Positions 26,056 to 37,697 of a DNA stretch of 64,000 nt are shown piece by piece. The DNA comes from Octopus vulgaris (taxonomy: Eukaryota). Positions within the stretch are counted from its first letter, which is position 1. Every line of letters starts with the position of its first letter. The DNA lies in NCBI GenBank assembly GCA_951406725.2, contig OX597826.1:20150001-20214000 (forward strand), in the 5' to 3' direction. The translations under genes were made by a program, and so were the position numbers. The notes under the pieces are model-generated. The model was not told where the DNA came from, made no database searches, and was given only the letters and a program-made list of their open reading frames with translations.

Positions 26056-27990
26056 GTAAGTGATTCCAAATTGAAATTTTTGTAAACAAGAAAATTTTTT
26101 TAATCATAATTATTCACAGACATTGTTCCAATAACTAATTAAACGGCCTTAAATTATGTTTCGAGAAAATACTTCGTTAAACGATGTTCATATTCGTTAT
26201 ATGGAAATGATTTTTTACCATTTATTTATTATTTTCGATTATTTTTACAAACTATGTTGTTTGGCCCACAGCTCAGTCTAAGCAGTCCTTCGCACAAACG
26301 TATTCCAGCCATGAGCATCCTCCCTTATTGTGTATCGGGAACAACATTATCCTTGTGCCCTTCTAGTGTCCTTCATTTTTGAAAGTGTAGTTTGAGTATT
26401 TGAGGGAGATTTGGCTACTGTTTCTGTCAGGTTGGATGCCCACTAAAGGCTTTTTGCATTAAAACTGTATAAGTTTAATTATGTGGAGAAGAAGAAATGT
26501 GTGACTGAAATGAAGGAAGCTTCACTGGAAAAAGGAAATTACTTGAGTTACATTAATGACCTACTTTGACGACAGAGAGAAATGTACTGAGTGTGAATTA
26601 TTAATAAATATCTAATTTATGTTAACAATAAAAGCTACAGAGTTTTATAAACTGACAGCCAGCCGGCCATGCCATGAAACAGTTGCTAACCACCAGACTG
26701 TAACTAAGTCTGTATATCCTATGACGGGTTCTGACTTTGTGTACCACACCCAGAATTTCATCTACCATTTCTGTTTGTATTTAGGCATGGCTGACTGGTT
26801 CAGAAGAGTTTTTCATAACCACAAGGTACCAGGTTCAATCCCACTGCTTGGCATTTTGAGTGTCTTTTAATATAGCCTTGGGTCAATACAATCCTTATGA
26901 ATGAAATTAGATAGAAGGGAACTGGGAGACTGTGTCGAAGTCTGTTTGATGAGCTGTAACTGTAATTCAATGGTTCAGCCTTGCTGCATATTGGGCCATT
27001 TTGATTCATTCTGTGAATTAAGAGTACACTTGTCTATGGGATACTCAGCCACATACATCTTAATGTAGCAACGAGTTCCGTTGGTGGAATAACTGAGTAC
27101 TCGTTGCAAAGATGGAGGGTGTCACCACCATCATCATCATCAATATCATTGCTACCATTACGAACATCATCATTACCACTACCATCATCACCACTGATGC
27201 TGCTGCCACCACCACCACCATTACCACCCCTACCACTACTAACATCATCAATTACTGTCATTACCACTTCTGTCTTCATTATCATCACCACCATCATCAT
27301 TATCATCATCATCATCATCATGTCTTGTGAAGTGGAACAAAGGCATTATTAAAATTGGGTTCAAATCTTATCTGTAGAAATCTGTTGAACCTAAACCTGG
27401 TTCCTGAATGATAATGTTTACTAAGCTGAGGATTGAATTTGTAATCTTTTCCTCTCCCTCCCCCACACTTCACCCACCCTCCCATTACATTATCTTGACC
27501 ACTAACACTCCCTCTCTCACTTCCTTCTCTATTTCTTCATTTTTTTTTCACTCTTTGTTTTTGTCACTCCCTTTTTTTTCACTCTTTTGTCTCTCTCCCT
27601 TTTTTCATTTTCTCTCTTTCTTCTCATTTTTTCTTCCTGCTTTAGATTTGACCTTTCTCCTTTTTCTAATCACACACATCTCTCCTCCCACCATCAATCC
27701 ATAAATACTACCAATACATTCTCAAATTTTCATTCACACTACAAGACCCTTTCCAATGAGCAACACTGGTTCCATGGCTCCATTCTTTGAAATGATTAAA
27801 TACGAACTGCTATTGGAACTTACATACCATGTACAGGAAACTTTGTTACCACTTCTATACACCATTTTCCTCGAATAATGCATCTGCAACTACAATATCT
27901 TTATGCACCTTATTTCTACTTTCATTCTCTTATTTCCCTCTACATTCCCCATCTTTTCCACCATAATTTGAACTCAAATATCTTCTCACA

Positions 27991-28042
27991 CCGTCTCTGA
28001 TGAAGGGATGTCCATGATATTTCAGAAACAGCTGTAAGACTG
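27991..28042 (+). ncRNA. Minimal type I hammerhead ribozyme motif (Penelope-type)
   Basis: Stem I CGTCT, CTGATGA, stem II GGGATGTC/GATATTTC, GAAA, palindromic CAGCTG, TA, AGAC. Predicted cleavage after GUA at 28036. A-A mismatch at the base of stem II. Confidence 0.65.
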
Positions 28043-28424
28043 TTTCATTATAAATGTCCTAAAAACTCCTCACAGCCTTGGATTTATTATCTCATTCAGT
28101 CTAATATCATCATCCAATGTTTTAAATCTGGGTTTTGTCCCCGTTAATGGGGGTGGCTGGATCTTCCTCAATGCCATAGCAACCAAAGTAGGTGGGTGCA
28201 GCCCACCCCAAACTTTGGGCTGGCTGGTACCCATTCTCCTTTGCTAACTTAGCAATTCTAAATCAAATTTCACATTATATAATATATGTATATAATTTAG
28301 AGAAAAAACTCTATTAAACAATTCAATAGTGAAAAACGTTATTCACATCATATAGAAAAAGTTAAATATACTATAGAAAACATTATTCTAAAAATCAATA
28401 GAGTACATGAACAATAAATAGTAA

Positions 28425-28547
28425 ATAGACTACGCACATTTCGTGGCTATATTTTCAAATAGATAATAATAATAAAATCAATTCAATTAAAACTAAATTG
28501 ATCTAAAATTAATTCTATTTAAAAATATAGTCACTCATCAGGTCTAT
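28425..28547 (-). ncRNA. Type I hammerhead motif with a very long stem II
   Basis: Minus strand: ATAGAC, CTGATGA, GTGACTATATTTTTAAATAG...CTATTTGAAAATATAGCCAC, GAAA, TGTGCG, TA, GTCTAT. Confidence 0.7.
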
Positions 28548-28624
28548 AATAATAATAATAATAATAATAACAATATAAATAATATAATAAATGTACATAT
28601 CTTGACTTATAAATTAACTAACAA

Positions 28625-28841
28625 ATATAGAAAAATACGTGTTTTAACAATAAATAATATAATAAAATTTAACAGTATTGCTTAAAATAAAACATAACTT
28701 ATCTTATCAAAGAAATTCTGTTAACTCAATTAACAGAAAATTAAAAGAATTTCTTCAATAAGATAAGTTATATTTTTATTTTAAGTAATACTGTTAAATT
28801 TTATGATATTATTTATTGTTAAAACATGTATTTTTCTATAT
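28625..28841. repeat. AT-rich foldback hairpin, ~95-bp arms
   Basis: ATATAGAAAAATACGTGTTTTAACAATAAATA... is mirrored by ...TATTTATTGTTAAAACATGTATTTTTCTATAT. Confidence 0.85.
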
Positions 28842-28854
28842 CCATCTGTATATG

Positions 28855-29115
28855 CAGTGGAACCTCTATTTACGACCAGTTTCTCAAACATTGACTGCCT
28901 CAGGTGATAAATAGAGTCTCAAGTAATGAACACGCAAGTTGGGAGTATCAGCTGGAGAGTCAGTAGTTGTCTAGCTTTCCCTCATTGCCCATCCCTCCTT
29001 GAATTCATGCTGCCTTCTCTTGAATTACCTATGGGGAAAATGGTTTTGGTTTACAAATATTTTGGGTGATAAATGGCCTTCATCAACAAATTAAATTTGT
29101 AAACAGATTCTACTG
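28855..29115. mobile_element. Tigger/pogo-type MITE
   Basis: Imperfect TIRs CAGTGGAACCTCTATTTACGA / TTGTAAACAGATTCTACTG. Confidence 0.6.
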
Positions 29116-29340
29116 TGTGTATATATATATACATAATGAAATTATTGTATACTGTGCTCAGGTGCATACATACATACATACATACACACATATATATATA
29201 TATATATATAATTTCCAATCACGATTACAGTGGCATACTCCAGATGAATGGTAACAGTAATCCGTAGGTGTAAAAATCCAGGAATTGGTTATCCAAGTCA
29301 GTCAGTAGGCTGGGGTCCATGTGAGCGTGCGGTATATAAA

Positions 29341-29595
29341 GTTAATCCAAACATGAAAACACAACAACGCGAGGACATGGACTAAGTATAGTGTTATTGG
29401 ACGCTCATGGAAAGAAACAAAGAAAGAGGATTTAACGCTTCGAGCGGAGCTCTTCGTCAGAAACATAGGAGAAGGAAAGGTCCAAGGAAGGGAAGACGGA
29501 GAAAGAAAATCGCCAACGATACACATGTGGTCACATATTGAATCAATAACACAATACTTGTTCCACGTCCTCGAGTTGTGTTTTCATATTTGGAT

Positions 29596-29599
<4 letters not shown>
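29341..29599. mobile_element. Short inverted-repeat element (Penelope pLTR-like) with a minus-strand hammerhead motif at 29429-29465
   Basis: ~57-bp terminal inverted repeats. The minus strand reads TTT, CTGACGA, AGAGCTCCGCTC, GAAG (for GAAA), CGTT, AAA. Confidence 0.65.
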
Positions 29600-29634
<35 letters not shown>

Positions 29635-29887
29635 GCATGCACACTATCTATCATCTTAATATTGAATAGACTTATTTTTCCATAATCATATAACATAGAT
29701 AGGCAACCATATGGAAGTTCAAGCAGTGGTATATACATATACACACATTTAGACTTATAAACATATGCATACGTACAGAAGTCAAATTCTACAAATTCAT
29801 GTGTGCTGTGATATGCATGAATTCATGTACACACACACACATGCAAGCAGTTACAGATACATATACATCCAGATATATATATATATA

Positions 29888-30095
29888 TAAAACTATAAAT
29901 TAGGGTATCTGAGAGATACCACCATGCTGAAATAGCAGTCAAAACCCTGACCCTAAAGCCACCTTAAATGTTCATATCGCTCCAGGAGTTTTCTCTCCTG
30001 GCGCAATATGAACATTTAAGGTGGCTTTAGGGTCAGGGTTTTGACTGCTATTTCAGCATGGTGGTATCTCTCAGATACCCTAATTTATAGTTTTA
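29888..30095. repeat. Near-perfect 208-bp palindrome (101-bp arms, 6-nt loop)
   Basis: Arms 29888-29988 and 29995-30095 are reverse complements, with only two mismatches, both near the loop. Confidence 0.95.
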
Positions 30096-30172
30096 AATAA
30101 TTATTACCTTTGTATGGTATTTATTCCCATGCTGGCTACTTGATAAGATCGATATTTGAATATCGATATTAT

Positions 30173-30231
<59 letters not shown>

Positions 30232-30297
30232 GGAGTAAACACATAAATGTGAAACAAGGTGGAAAAAAGAGTACTCAAATGCCAGGGGTAGAGTAAT

Positions 30298-32143
30298 ATT
30301 CTTTATTTAAAAGCAGCAGAAATTCAACAAAGCCTGTTACTCAGAGTTTCATGTTCCCGTTTGTCAAGACAGTTTTGTTAAAATAGAACCGATATGACAA
30401 TTCTATCAAGACTAGTATAAACATTACACCTTTAAAAATGGACTTGTTTGGTCCTTTCAAATAACGGTCATATGCGAGCGATATGTGGAATGAAACCTGC
30501 ATAGTGCGAAACAAATTCATTGGTGTGATTAAAGATACCCAGAAAATGGGAAGAAGACAGCCTGGCAAAATATGTCTGGGAACTAAAAGAAAAATAAACC
30601 CGACCTTTCAACATGTCATGGAGCATTCTAGATAGAGCGGCACCATACAGGCACGGGGCACACAAGAAAAATTTTAAGTGCAATCTCTGTTTGTTAGAGA
30701 AATATTTAATTTTATTCAAAGACAATAATTCTTTGAATCAAAGAAGCGAAATTTTGAACTCATGCAGGCACGCAACCAAATTCAAAATGTCAAACATAAA
30801 TATCCCATATGGATAGCGTATATTTTGTCTTTTTGATTCTTGGATTAGTCTTTAATCACACTGATGGAGTTGTTTCGCGCTATGCAGGTTTCATTCCGCA
30901 TAGCAAAGTCTTGTGCATATATTTTGTTTATATTTTATTTATATTTCTACATATTCCTTAGGAAAAACCTTCGACTTAGTTTATTTCATTTTATTATATT
31001 GTATAGGCTTCATTTTATTATATTGTATAGGCTCACTTTGGTAATTTAATTTATAGATAATCCAATATAGGGTGTTATATTTTGCATGTCTTTCGTCTAA
31101 ATTTTTTATTATTATGCATTCAGCAATTTTAAAAAAAATAATGTTGTCAGATCCTAGGCATTTTTATGTGAATATGTGTATTAGCATGAATATGTATTTG
31201 TAAGACTACGTCTATGTATATGCGTAAGTGAACGTATGTTTGTACTTATGCACATACATACATGAAAGTAGGTGTATGCATGTATCCACTTGGACTTGTC
31301 TGTTTGCGTACTTGTCTCTATATATGTGTTCGTATATGTATATTTACTTCTTACATAATTTGTTTACAAACATTCGTCGCGTATAGTCAGAATTTTATTA
31401 TTTTTTCTTCTTTCCTTTTCTTTTTTCTTTTTTTCTTCTTTCCTTTTCTTTTTTCCTTTTCTCTTTTTCTTTTTCTCTCTCTTCCTTTCTTTCGTTTTTT
31501 TCTCTCCCTATTCGTTTATTGTATAGAGCCCTGTAACTTTACACCCCCTTCCCCTCCCTTACTTACGCCTTTAGCTTTCTGTTGCTTAGAAGAGCGTTCT
31601 TCCCCCACCCCTCCATGAATTTTCCTTATAGTCTATATGGATACAAGTGATTTTTGCATGCGAGCAAGATTGCGTATACATATGAGTACATGCATTTGTG
31701 TGTATATTTTCGTTTTGCATTTATATGTTTGTGGTCTGTGTACATCTATCTGTGTATGTTGATGTATATATATATATTAATAGTTTAGTATGAGTATGTA
31801 CTATTGTGAAATATTTTAATATATTTTAATTTCAATTTCTATGTATTAATTATATTTTCTTTATTAATGACAATATGTATTTTAACCAAAGATTCGATTT
31901 AAGGTTTTTCCTCGACTTTTATAATTTTATATTTTATATTGAACTCATTTTTGTTTATCGCTCACATATGACCGTCATCTGAAAGGACCAATCAAACAAG
32001 TCCATTTTTAAAGGTGTAACATTTATACTAGTCTTGATAGAATTGTCATATCGGTTCTATTATAACAAAACTGTCCGACGAACGGGAGAGTGAAACTCCG
32101 AGTAACAGGTTTTCTTGAATTTCTGCTGTTTTTAAATAAAGTA
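30298..32143 (+). mobile_element. Penelope-like element remnant with inverted pseudo-LTRs and a GIY-YIG C-terminal fragment
   Basis: ~190-bp inverted arms (30298-30483 and 31957-32143). 30561-30816 encodes LAKYVWELK...WSILDRA...CNLCLLEK...LNQRSEILNSCRH, typical of the PLE endonuclease C-terminus. Confidence 0.8.
32067..32113 (+). ncRNA. Minimal type I hammerhead motif in the right pLTR (decayed inverted copy at 30333-30377)
   Basis: AAAACTGT, CCGACGA, ACGGGAGAGT, GAAA, CTCCGAG, TA, ACAGGTTTT. The core has C in place of U at the second position. Predicted cleavage after 32104. Confidence 0.6.
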
Positions 32144-32308
32144 TATATATATATATTTATATACACACACATACATACAGATATACATGTACATGTATCA
32201 TGTAAATATACATCATGAACATCTTATTTTGTAGAATTGAATTTTTGTTTTAAATTATTTTATTTGTTATGCTTCATCTTCAAAGATTTCTCTTAAATTT
32301 CTTGACAG

Positions 32309-32474
32309 ATTATACCAAAAATCCCCAAAAACTTCTCCTGGGTTGTTGATGGGTTTTTAGCAGCCCTTGGATTTCCTAATGAAGCTGCCAACATGATGTA
32401 TTTAGTAAAACATGGCATAAAATACCTCATTAGTTTAACTGCGGAACTTACCCCTTCCTTACAGGGATTCGAAG
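32309..32474 (+). CDS. DUSP23: DUSP23-like phosphatase, first catalytic-domain exon
   Basis: TTGACAG| acceptor and GAAG|GTAGGT donor. Encodes IIPKIPKNFSWVVDGFLAALGFPNEAANMMYLVKHGIKYLISLTAELTPSLQGFE, matching the PPNFSWV...G(V/I)xxLxSLT start of DUSP23. Confidence 0.92.
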
Positions 32475-32996
32475 GTAGGTTACTAACGAGTCTTTTAAAA
32501 GTTTTCTCTTCAGACAGGAACGTCGTTAAATCAGAGCTGCTCTTCTTTACTTTCTAAGGTTATCTCTTCAGGTTTTTCTATAGGAATCACAGCAATGATT
32601 CGTTACGTCATTTCGTATCCGAATATAACTGATGTAAACAATGCAATTGAAGATGGGAAAATAGGTGATGGGTGTATATGCCTATTTTAAGGGTTTTTGC
32701 TCCTCCTTCTGCCTCACATCCAATCCATTGACCATCCACAAACACACTGCTTAAATAGTCCCCAAATATAGCGATGTAACACTATTGCATTCACCAATTT
32801 CATATATTAAACACATTCCTGGCAATTGGTTGCATACATATAAACTGCTGGCAGGGACACCGTATCTCATTATGCAACCATTACATTCTACCAAATGCTT
32901 TCTATGAAATAATCTGTGGTTTGCAAAAGAAATGATTTTGTGGCGATGTTTTGATTATTTTTTATCAAAACACTATTACAGATACAAAATTACTTT

Positions 32997-33428
32997 CAGT
33001 TCTATATTTAAGAGATGAGGAATTATTTACATTTGATGGATATTTGTCCTCATCTTCTTTGTTGTTAGCACAACATTTCGGTTGATATATACCTTCCAGC
33101 CTTCATCAGGTGTCTTGGGGAAATTTCAAACCTGGGTTCTCATTCCTAAGGTATTTTTGAATGTTGTTGTTGTTGTTGCTGTTGTTGTTGTTCAGTTCAT
33201 GTGGCATAGTGGTTAAGAGTGTGGGCTACTAACCCCAAGATTCTGAGTTCGATTCCAGGCAGTGACCTGAATAATAATAATAACATCAAAAAATATCTTA
33301 GGAATGAGAACTCAGGTTTGAAATTTCCCCAAGACACTTGAAGAAGGCTGGAGGGTATATCAGCCGACACTTTGTGTTAACAACAAACAAGATTAGGACA
33401 AATATCTGCCAAATATAAATAATGTACA
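32997..33428. mobile_element. Inverted pLTR-like pair with hammerhead motifs enclosing a tRNA-like SINE head (33200-33268)
   Basis: Minus strand 33068-33114 reads GACAC, CTGATGA, AGGCTGG...CAACC, GAAA, TGTT, GTG. A decayed + copy lies at 33333-33378. A-box TGGCATAGTGG and B-box GAGTTCGATTCC sit between the arms. Confidence 0.7.
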
Positions 33429-34384
33429 AAACTACTTTGTTATAAAAAAATTTTCTTCCTGGAAGAAAAGAAAGGAAAAACATTAAAAGTGTAAAAAATC
33501 GAATTATCGAGAAAAAAACCTATAATTACCTGACCAAAGAAATGAAGAAAAGAAAAAGAAATGTTGGGTGGCTAAGCAACAGAGAACAGTGAAGGAGTTA
33601 CAGGTTGTGCACCTTAGAACAAATGGAGGGTTTAGCAATGCCTTGCAGACATAATTGCAAAGGCGTTGGCACAGAGAATGGCCAGTAACAACCACCCCAT
33701 GTCATGGGGCTTGTTTCTCACAAAGTTTGTAGTTATTCTGATCTTGTGGCACCAACTGATAGCAGCCAGTCTGGTTGCTAAGGAGCCTATTAAATTGTCA
33801 AGATATTCACAGAAAATATATAACAACATTTAATCATTCTTTTGAAAATTCTATTAATCTTGTACATTGTGCCTGTCTTTGACATTTTTCTCTAAATATC
33901 CACTTGAAGGGGATTAAAAATGCATCAAGGCATTATATATAGTCTTTCCTACTGTTTGTTCCACTCTTAACATACCTGGAATGGTTTATTTGTTGGTTCA
34001 ATTGTTTATGCAGCCAGTTGGATGTCCGCCTTTCTGTCACCATCTTCTCACCATCTTTGAAATGAAGAATTTAGTAAGAGTTCTTCAGGGCAACCAAATT
34101 GGAACAAGCAGAGTTATGTCCCTTGCTCAGCTGTAGTCAAATCTGAACTTAAGACCATTCAGTCAATAGTCTATCCCTTTAATCACACAACCGCTGTGTC
34201 TTATTCCTGTAGACAAAAATAATAAGGAAAATATTGGTTGCCTAGAAATTTGGATTATTCCAATATCAATTGATTTTTAAAATATTGACATGCATAAATC
34301 AGGATTTGTCTGATTATCTCCATGTGTTGTATAAAACCATTTTCCTGATACATAACATTATTTCTCTATTTTACTCACAAATTA

Positions 34385-34415
<31 letters not shown>

Positions 34416-34866
34416 TATTATCATCATCATCATCATCATTATTATTATTGTCACACGCCGATGACGGGTCAATACCCAGAAACTTGAGTCCGTATGTATC
34501 ATAGGTTGAAGACGGGAAGGATGGCTTCCCTTTGCAAATACTGATAGGGCACAGAATGTGTGTCAATAGCCAGCTGGAGGAGGTGTCCTCCTGGGGCTAC
34601 AAGCTACAGTAGCATTCACCCTTAGGGGTTAGCCATATTTACATGGCAAGTATACTTTACGATTATTATTATAAAAGAAATCATTATTATTGTTCTAAGT
34701 TTTTCTCCTTTCAATTTTGTTTCATTTCTTGCCAAGTGTCATCCCAACACCTAGGACCAAAAAAAAAATTGCTGTATACATGGGCCGTGACTGCTGAGGA
34801 CACGCGTAAGCTTGCAAGGAATGAAACCAGTATGTTCCACTGGATGTGTAATGTCAGTGTGCATTT

Positions 34867-35325
34867 ATCAATATGTCCCCGTGTCACAGCTTTACGATGT
34901 TCATCTACCCTTATTTTGAGGGGGTGGCATGTTTCGTCTTTGTATAACCTACCACAGCCGAATGGGATGGATTACACGCAGTTCTTGATCATATTCTCTT
35001 CTGTTGGTAGTTTTACTCGGAGATATTTGCAAAGTGTTGTATTACTTTCAAATACTGTCCTGATATCATATGGGCCGCATATCTTTTGCACCTTTTCGGA
35101 GAGGCCTTTCACATAGGGTAGACAGACTGTGGACAGTTTATTGGTTTCATCCTCTCTTTTCTTCATAATTGGAGTGGAGAGTATGCTTTTGAGGTAGTTG
35201 TTGCTTAATAGATTGTTACTGAGCTTGATCATTTCTTCGTTGTGTTAACAACAAACAAGATGAGGACAAATATCTGTCAAATATAAATAATGTACATAAT
35301 TCCTCATCTCTTAAATATAGAACTG
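34867..35325. mobile_element. Penelope-like element fragment (thumb/GIY-YIG region on the minus strand) joined to a terminal repeat
   Basis: Minus strand: LPYVKGLSEKVQKICGPYDIRTVF...KNCV*SIPFGCGRLYKDETCHPLKIRVDEH. 35238-35325 is the same terminal repeat as 32997-33075. Confidence 0.8.
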
Positions 35326-36179
35326 CATTCACAAATTGATGTTTGTGATTATGGTAGTTAATGCACCCATGCCAGTGCTGTGTAAATGCACCTGTGCCAG
35401 TGACATGTAAAAGGCACCCAGCACACTCGTTTAAGTGGTTGGCATCAGGAAGGGCATTGAGCCATAGAAACCATGCCGCAACAGGCAGTTGGAGTCTGGA
35501 CAGCTCCCGGCTAACCAGCTCCTTGTCAAACTGTCCAACTCATGTCACCATGGAAAGTGGACATTAAACAGTGATGATCATGATGGTGAATTGATGATCA
35601 AATACTCTCAGTATTAACTTGAAGGTAGCCGAGATATGTAGATTTTGGTAAGATACTTAATCATATCTCTCTCAACTTATACCGTTCCTGATGCTGATAT
35701 TAATTTATTTCTAACCTGGATAACTTTCTCACAAATTAGTTTACTGATTTCTATATCAGAACAAATATTTTCAACTTCTCTCAGCAGGTCCAAGAGTTTT
35801 CATCACTGAGGAGACCAAATTAAGTTGAAACCCCATGTTGTTTAGTGATCCATCAACATTCTGAGCAAGCCTTGTTTTATTTTTTTTCAATCATAAGTCT
35901 CTTTCACATTTGTATATTTTAATACATTACAAATTTTATATCTATCAGTATTTGAACTTAATAGTGTTTTAAGTTTGTATATTAATTTAAAACTATCTGT
36001 AACCTATAGAACCTCAGATCCAATAACGTGACCTTTCCTCTGTAAAGTCACAAAAGAACATTAGAAATCAATAAACCCCAACATGAATAATTTGAAAGAT
36101 TTTACTGAGGAAAACAAACATTTCAAATTTTAAAACTACTGGTTCACAGATATTTTTAGTGCTTATTATTTTTTTCCAG

Positions 36180-36286
36180 ATAAATTAGTTTGGTCTCAAA
36201 TTAAGATAAAAGACTTCTCACCTCCAACTCTTCAACAAGTCGATGAATTCCTGAAAGTTGTTGAAAAAGCTCGTTCTGAAAATTCG
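36180..36286 (+). CDS. DUSP23: DUSP23-like phosphatase, general-acid loop exon
   Basis: TTTTTTCCAG| acceptor and TCG|GTAAGT donor; phase 1 to 0. Encodes DKLVWSQIKIKDFSPPTLQQVDEFLKVVEKARSENS (IxDFxPP motif). Confidence 0.93.
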
Positions 36287-36504
36287 GTAAGTAAATCAGT
36301 TTTTGTTAAATGTTTTATTTAGAAAACTAACAAGAGACTAATATTTTATAATGGCAAATTAATATTATTTTGGAGATTCTCAGATGTAAATCTCATTTCG
36401 ACTTTTATGCTGATTCATTTATAAACACTTCTCATTATCCCATGAAATACTGACAATATCCATAAATCTAAAGTTGGTAACATACAAACGAACACACACA
36501 CACA

Positions 36505-37697
36505 TTTAATGATATAGTCTGCCAATGATAATACATTGTGATTTGCTGTTTCATATCCCAGGATGTTAGTTAATCATCAGATGGCAAAAATATCATTGAC
36601 AAATATCATTTGTTCCACGTAAAGTTTCTGGTATTGCATTATGTGTTATAGCATAAGGAGCATAACTCATTACATTCAGTTGGGTTCATTAGCTGTCAGT
36701 ATGGGGGCGTTCGATAGTGCAGAGATATGCAATCTTGATCTGTATATCTAAGACAACTTAAAAAAGAAATTCACCGTGGTAGATGGCAGTTCATATAGAA
36801 ATGATGGTTTAGCTATATCCCAGCATGGTGATGGACACACGTTAGATACATTTGCAAAAGACTTCACTAACATTGGCTTAAAAATAACTATCATCACTGT
36901 CTAAGTATCCGAAATATTTTTAGATGTTACTCTCAACCACAAACAAATACAAACCTAATGAAAAGCTCACATATTAACACCGAAACCTGCCAATCATCCA
37001 TAGTTTTCAAAAATCTGATTAAGAAGAATCTCTCTTTTGTCATTGAATAGAGAAATCATTGACAATGAGATTCCACACTACAATAATGTATTACAAAATA
37101 GCAGATTGCAGAATATTATTCTGTATAACCCTCATCCTCCAACAGTAAGAGATGACATAATATTACTTAGTTCTCACTTCTCTCCTCCTTGAAGATTTAA
37201 TCTAACATTACTAAAACCTTCCTAGCCTTTAATAGTAAGCGTTTTCCCATTTATCCACAGATGTACAAAACTATTCAATAGAAATAACATTAAACTGGGT
37301 TACAGCTGTGCCACTATATAAAAAAGTTATTAACAAACTGACTAAATTAATTGAAGCTAATTATCATCACACTTTGCTGCTAAATCACTATGTAATAATA
37401 CACTCATTGATTCTTTCAGGATTCCATCTTATTAACATCTGTTACTCTATAAAGTGTTCATTAAATTTAATCAGTCCAAGGGAATTAACTGACTATAATA
37501 ACGTTATGCTCCTCACCATGTTTTCAGACCCAAAATATGAAACTAGAAAACTTTGCAGGAAAAAGATAACAATTCATGTATGTTGTTGACATTCACACAA
37601 GAGGTTTTATTTCCATTTTCCAAAGATTATGTAGCATGCTGGGATATGAAATTGTAAATCACAATGTATTATCACTAACATGCTCTATCGTTAAATA
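36505..37697 (+). mobile_element. Degraded Penelope-like RT fragment flanked by ~60-bp inverted repeats
   Basis: VSMGAFDSAEIC (~36693) and YRNDGLA (~36794) resemble PLE RT motifs (MGSFDGAEVC, YRDDGL). Inverted repeats at 36505-36567 and 37631-37697. Confidence 0.65.

Noticed and set aside
27034-27352. His/Gly/Asp-rich ORFs
   Set aside because: Degenerate (CAT/CAC)n trinucleotide tract.
33200-33268. Possible tRNA gene
   Set aside because: A and B boxes are present, but there is no convincing acceptor stem or cloverleaf; treated as a SINE head.
36530-36590. Minus-strand CTGATGA...GAAA in the PLE inverted repeat
   Set aside because: Stems II and III pair poorly, so it was not counted as a ribozyme.
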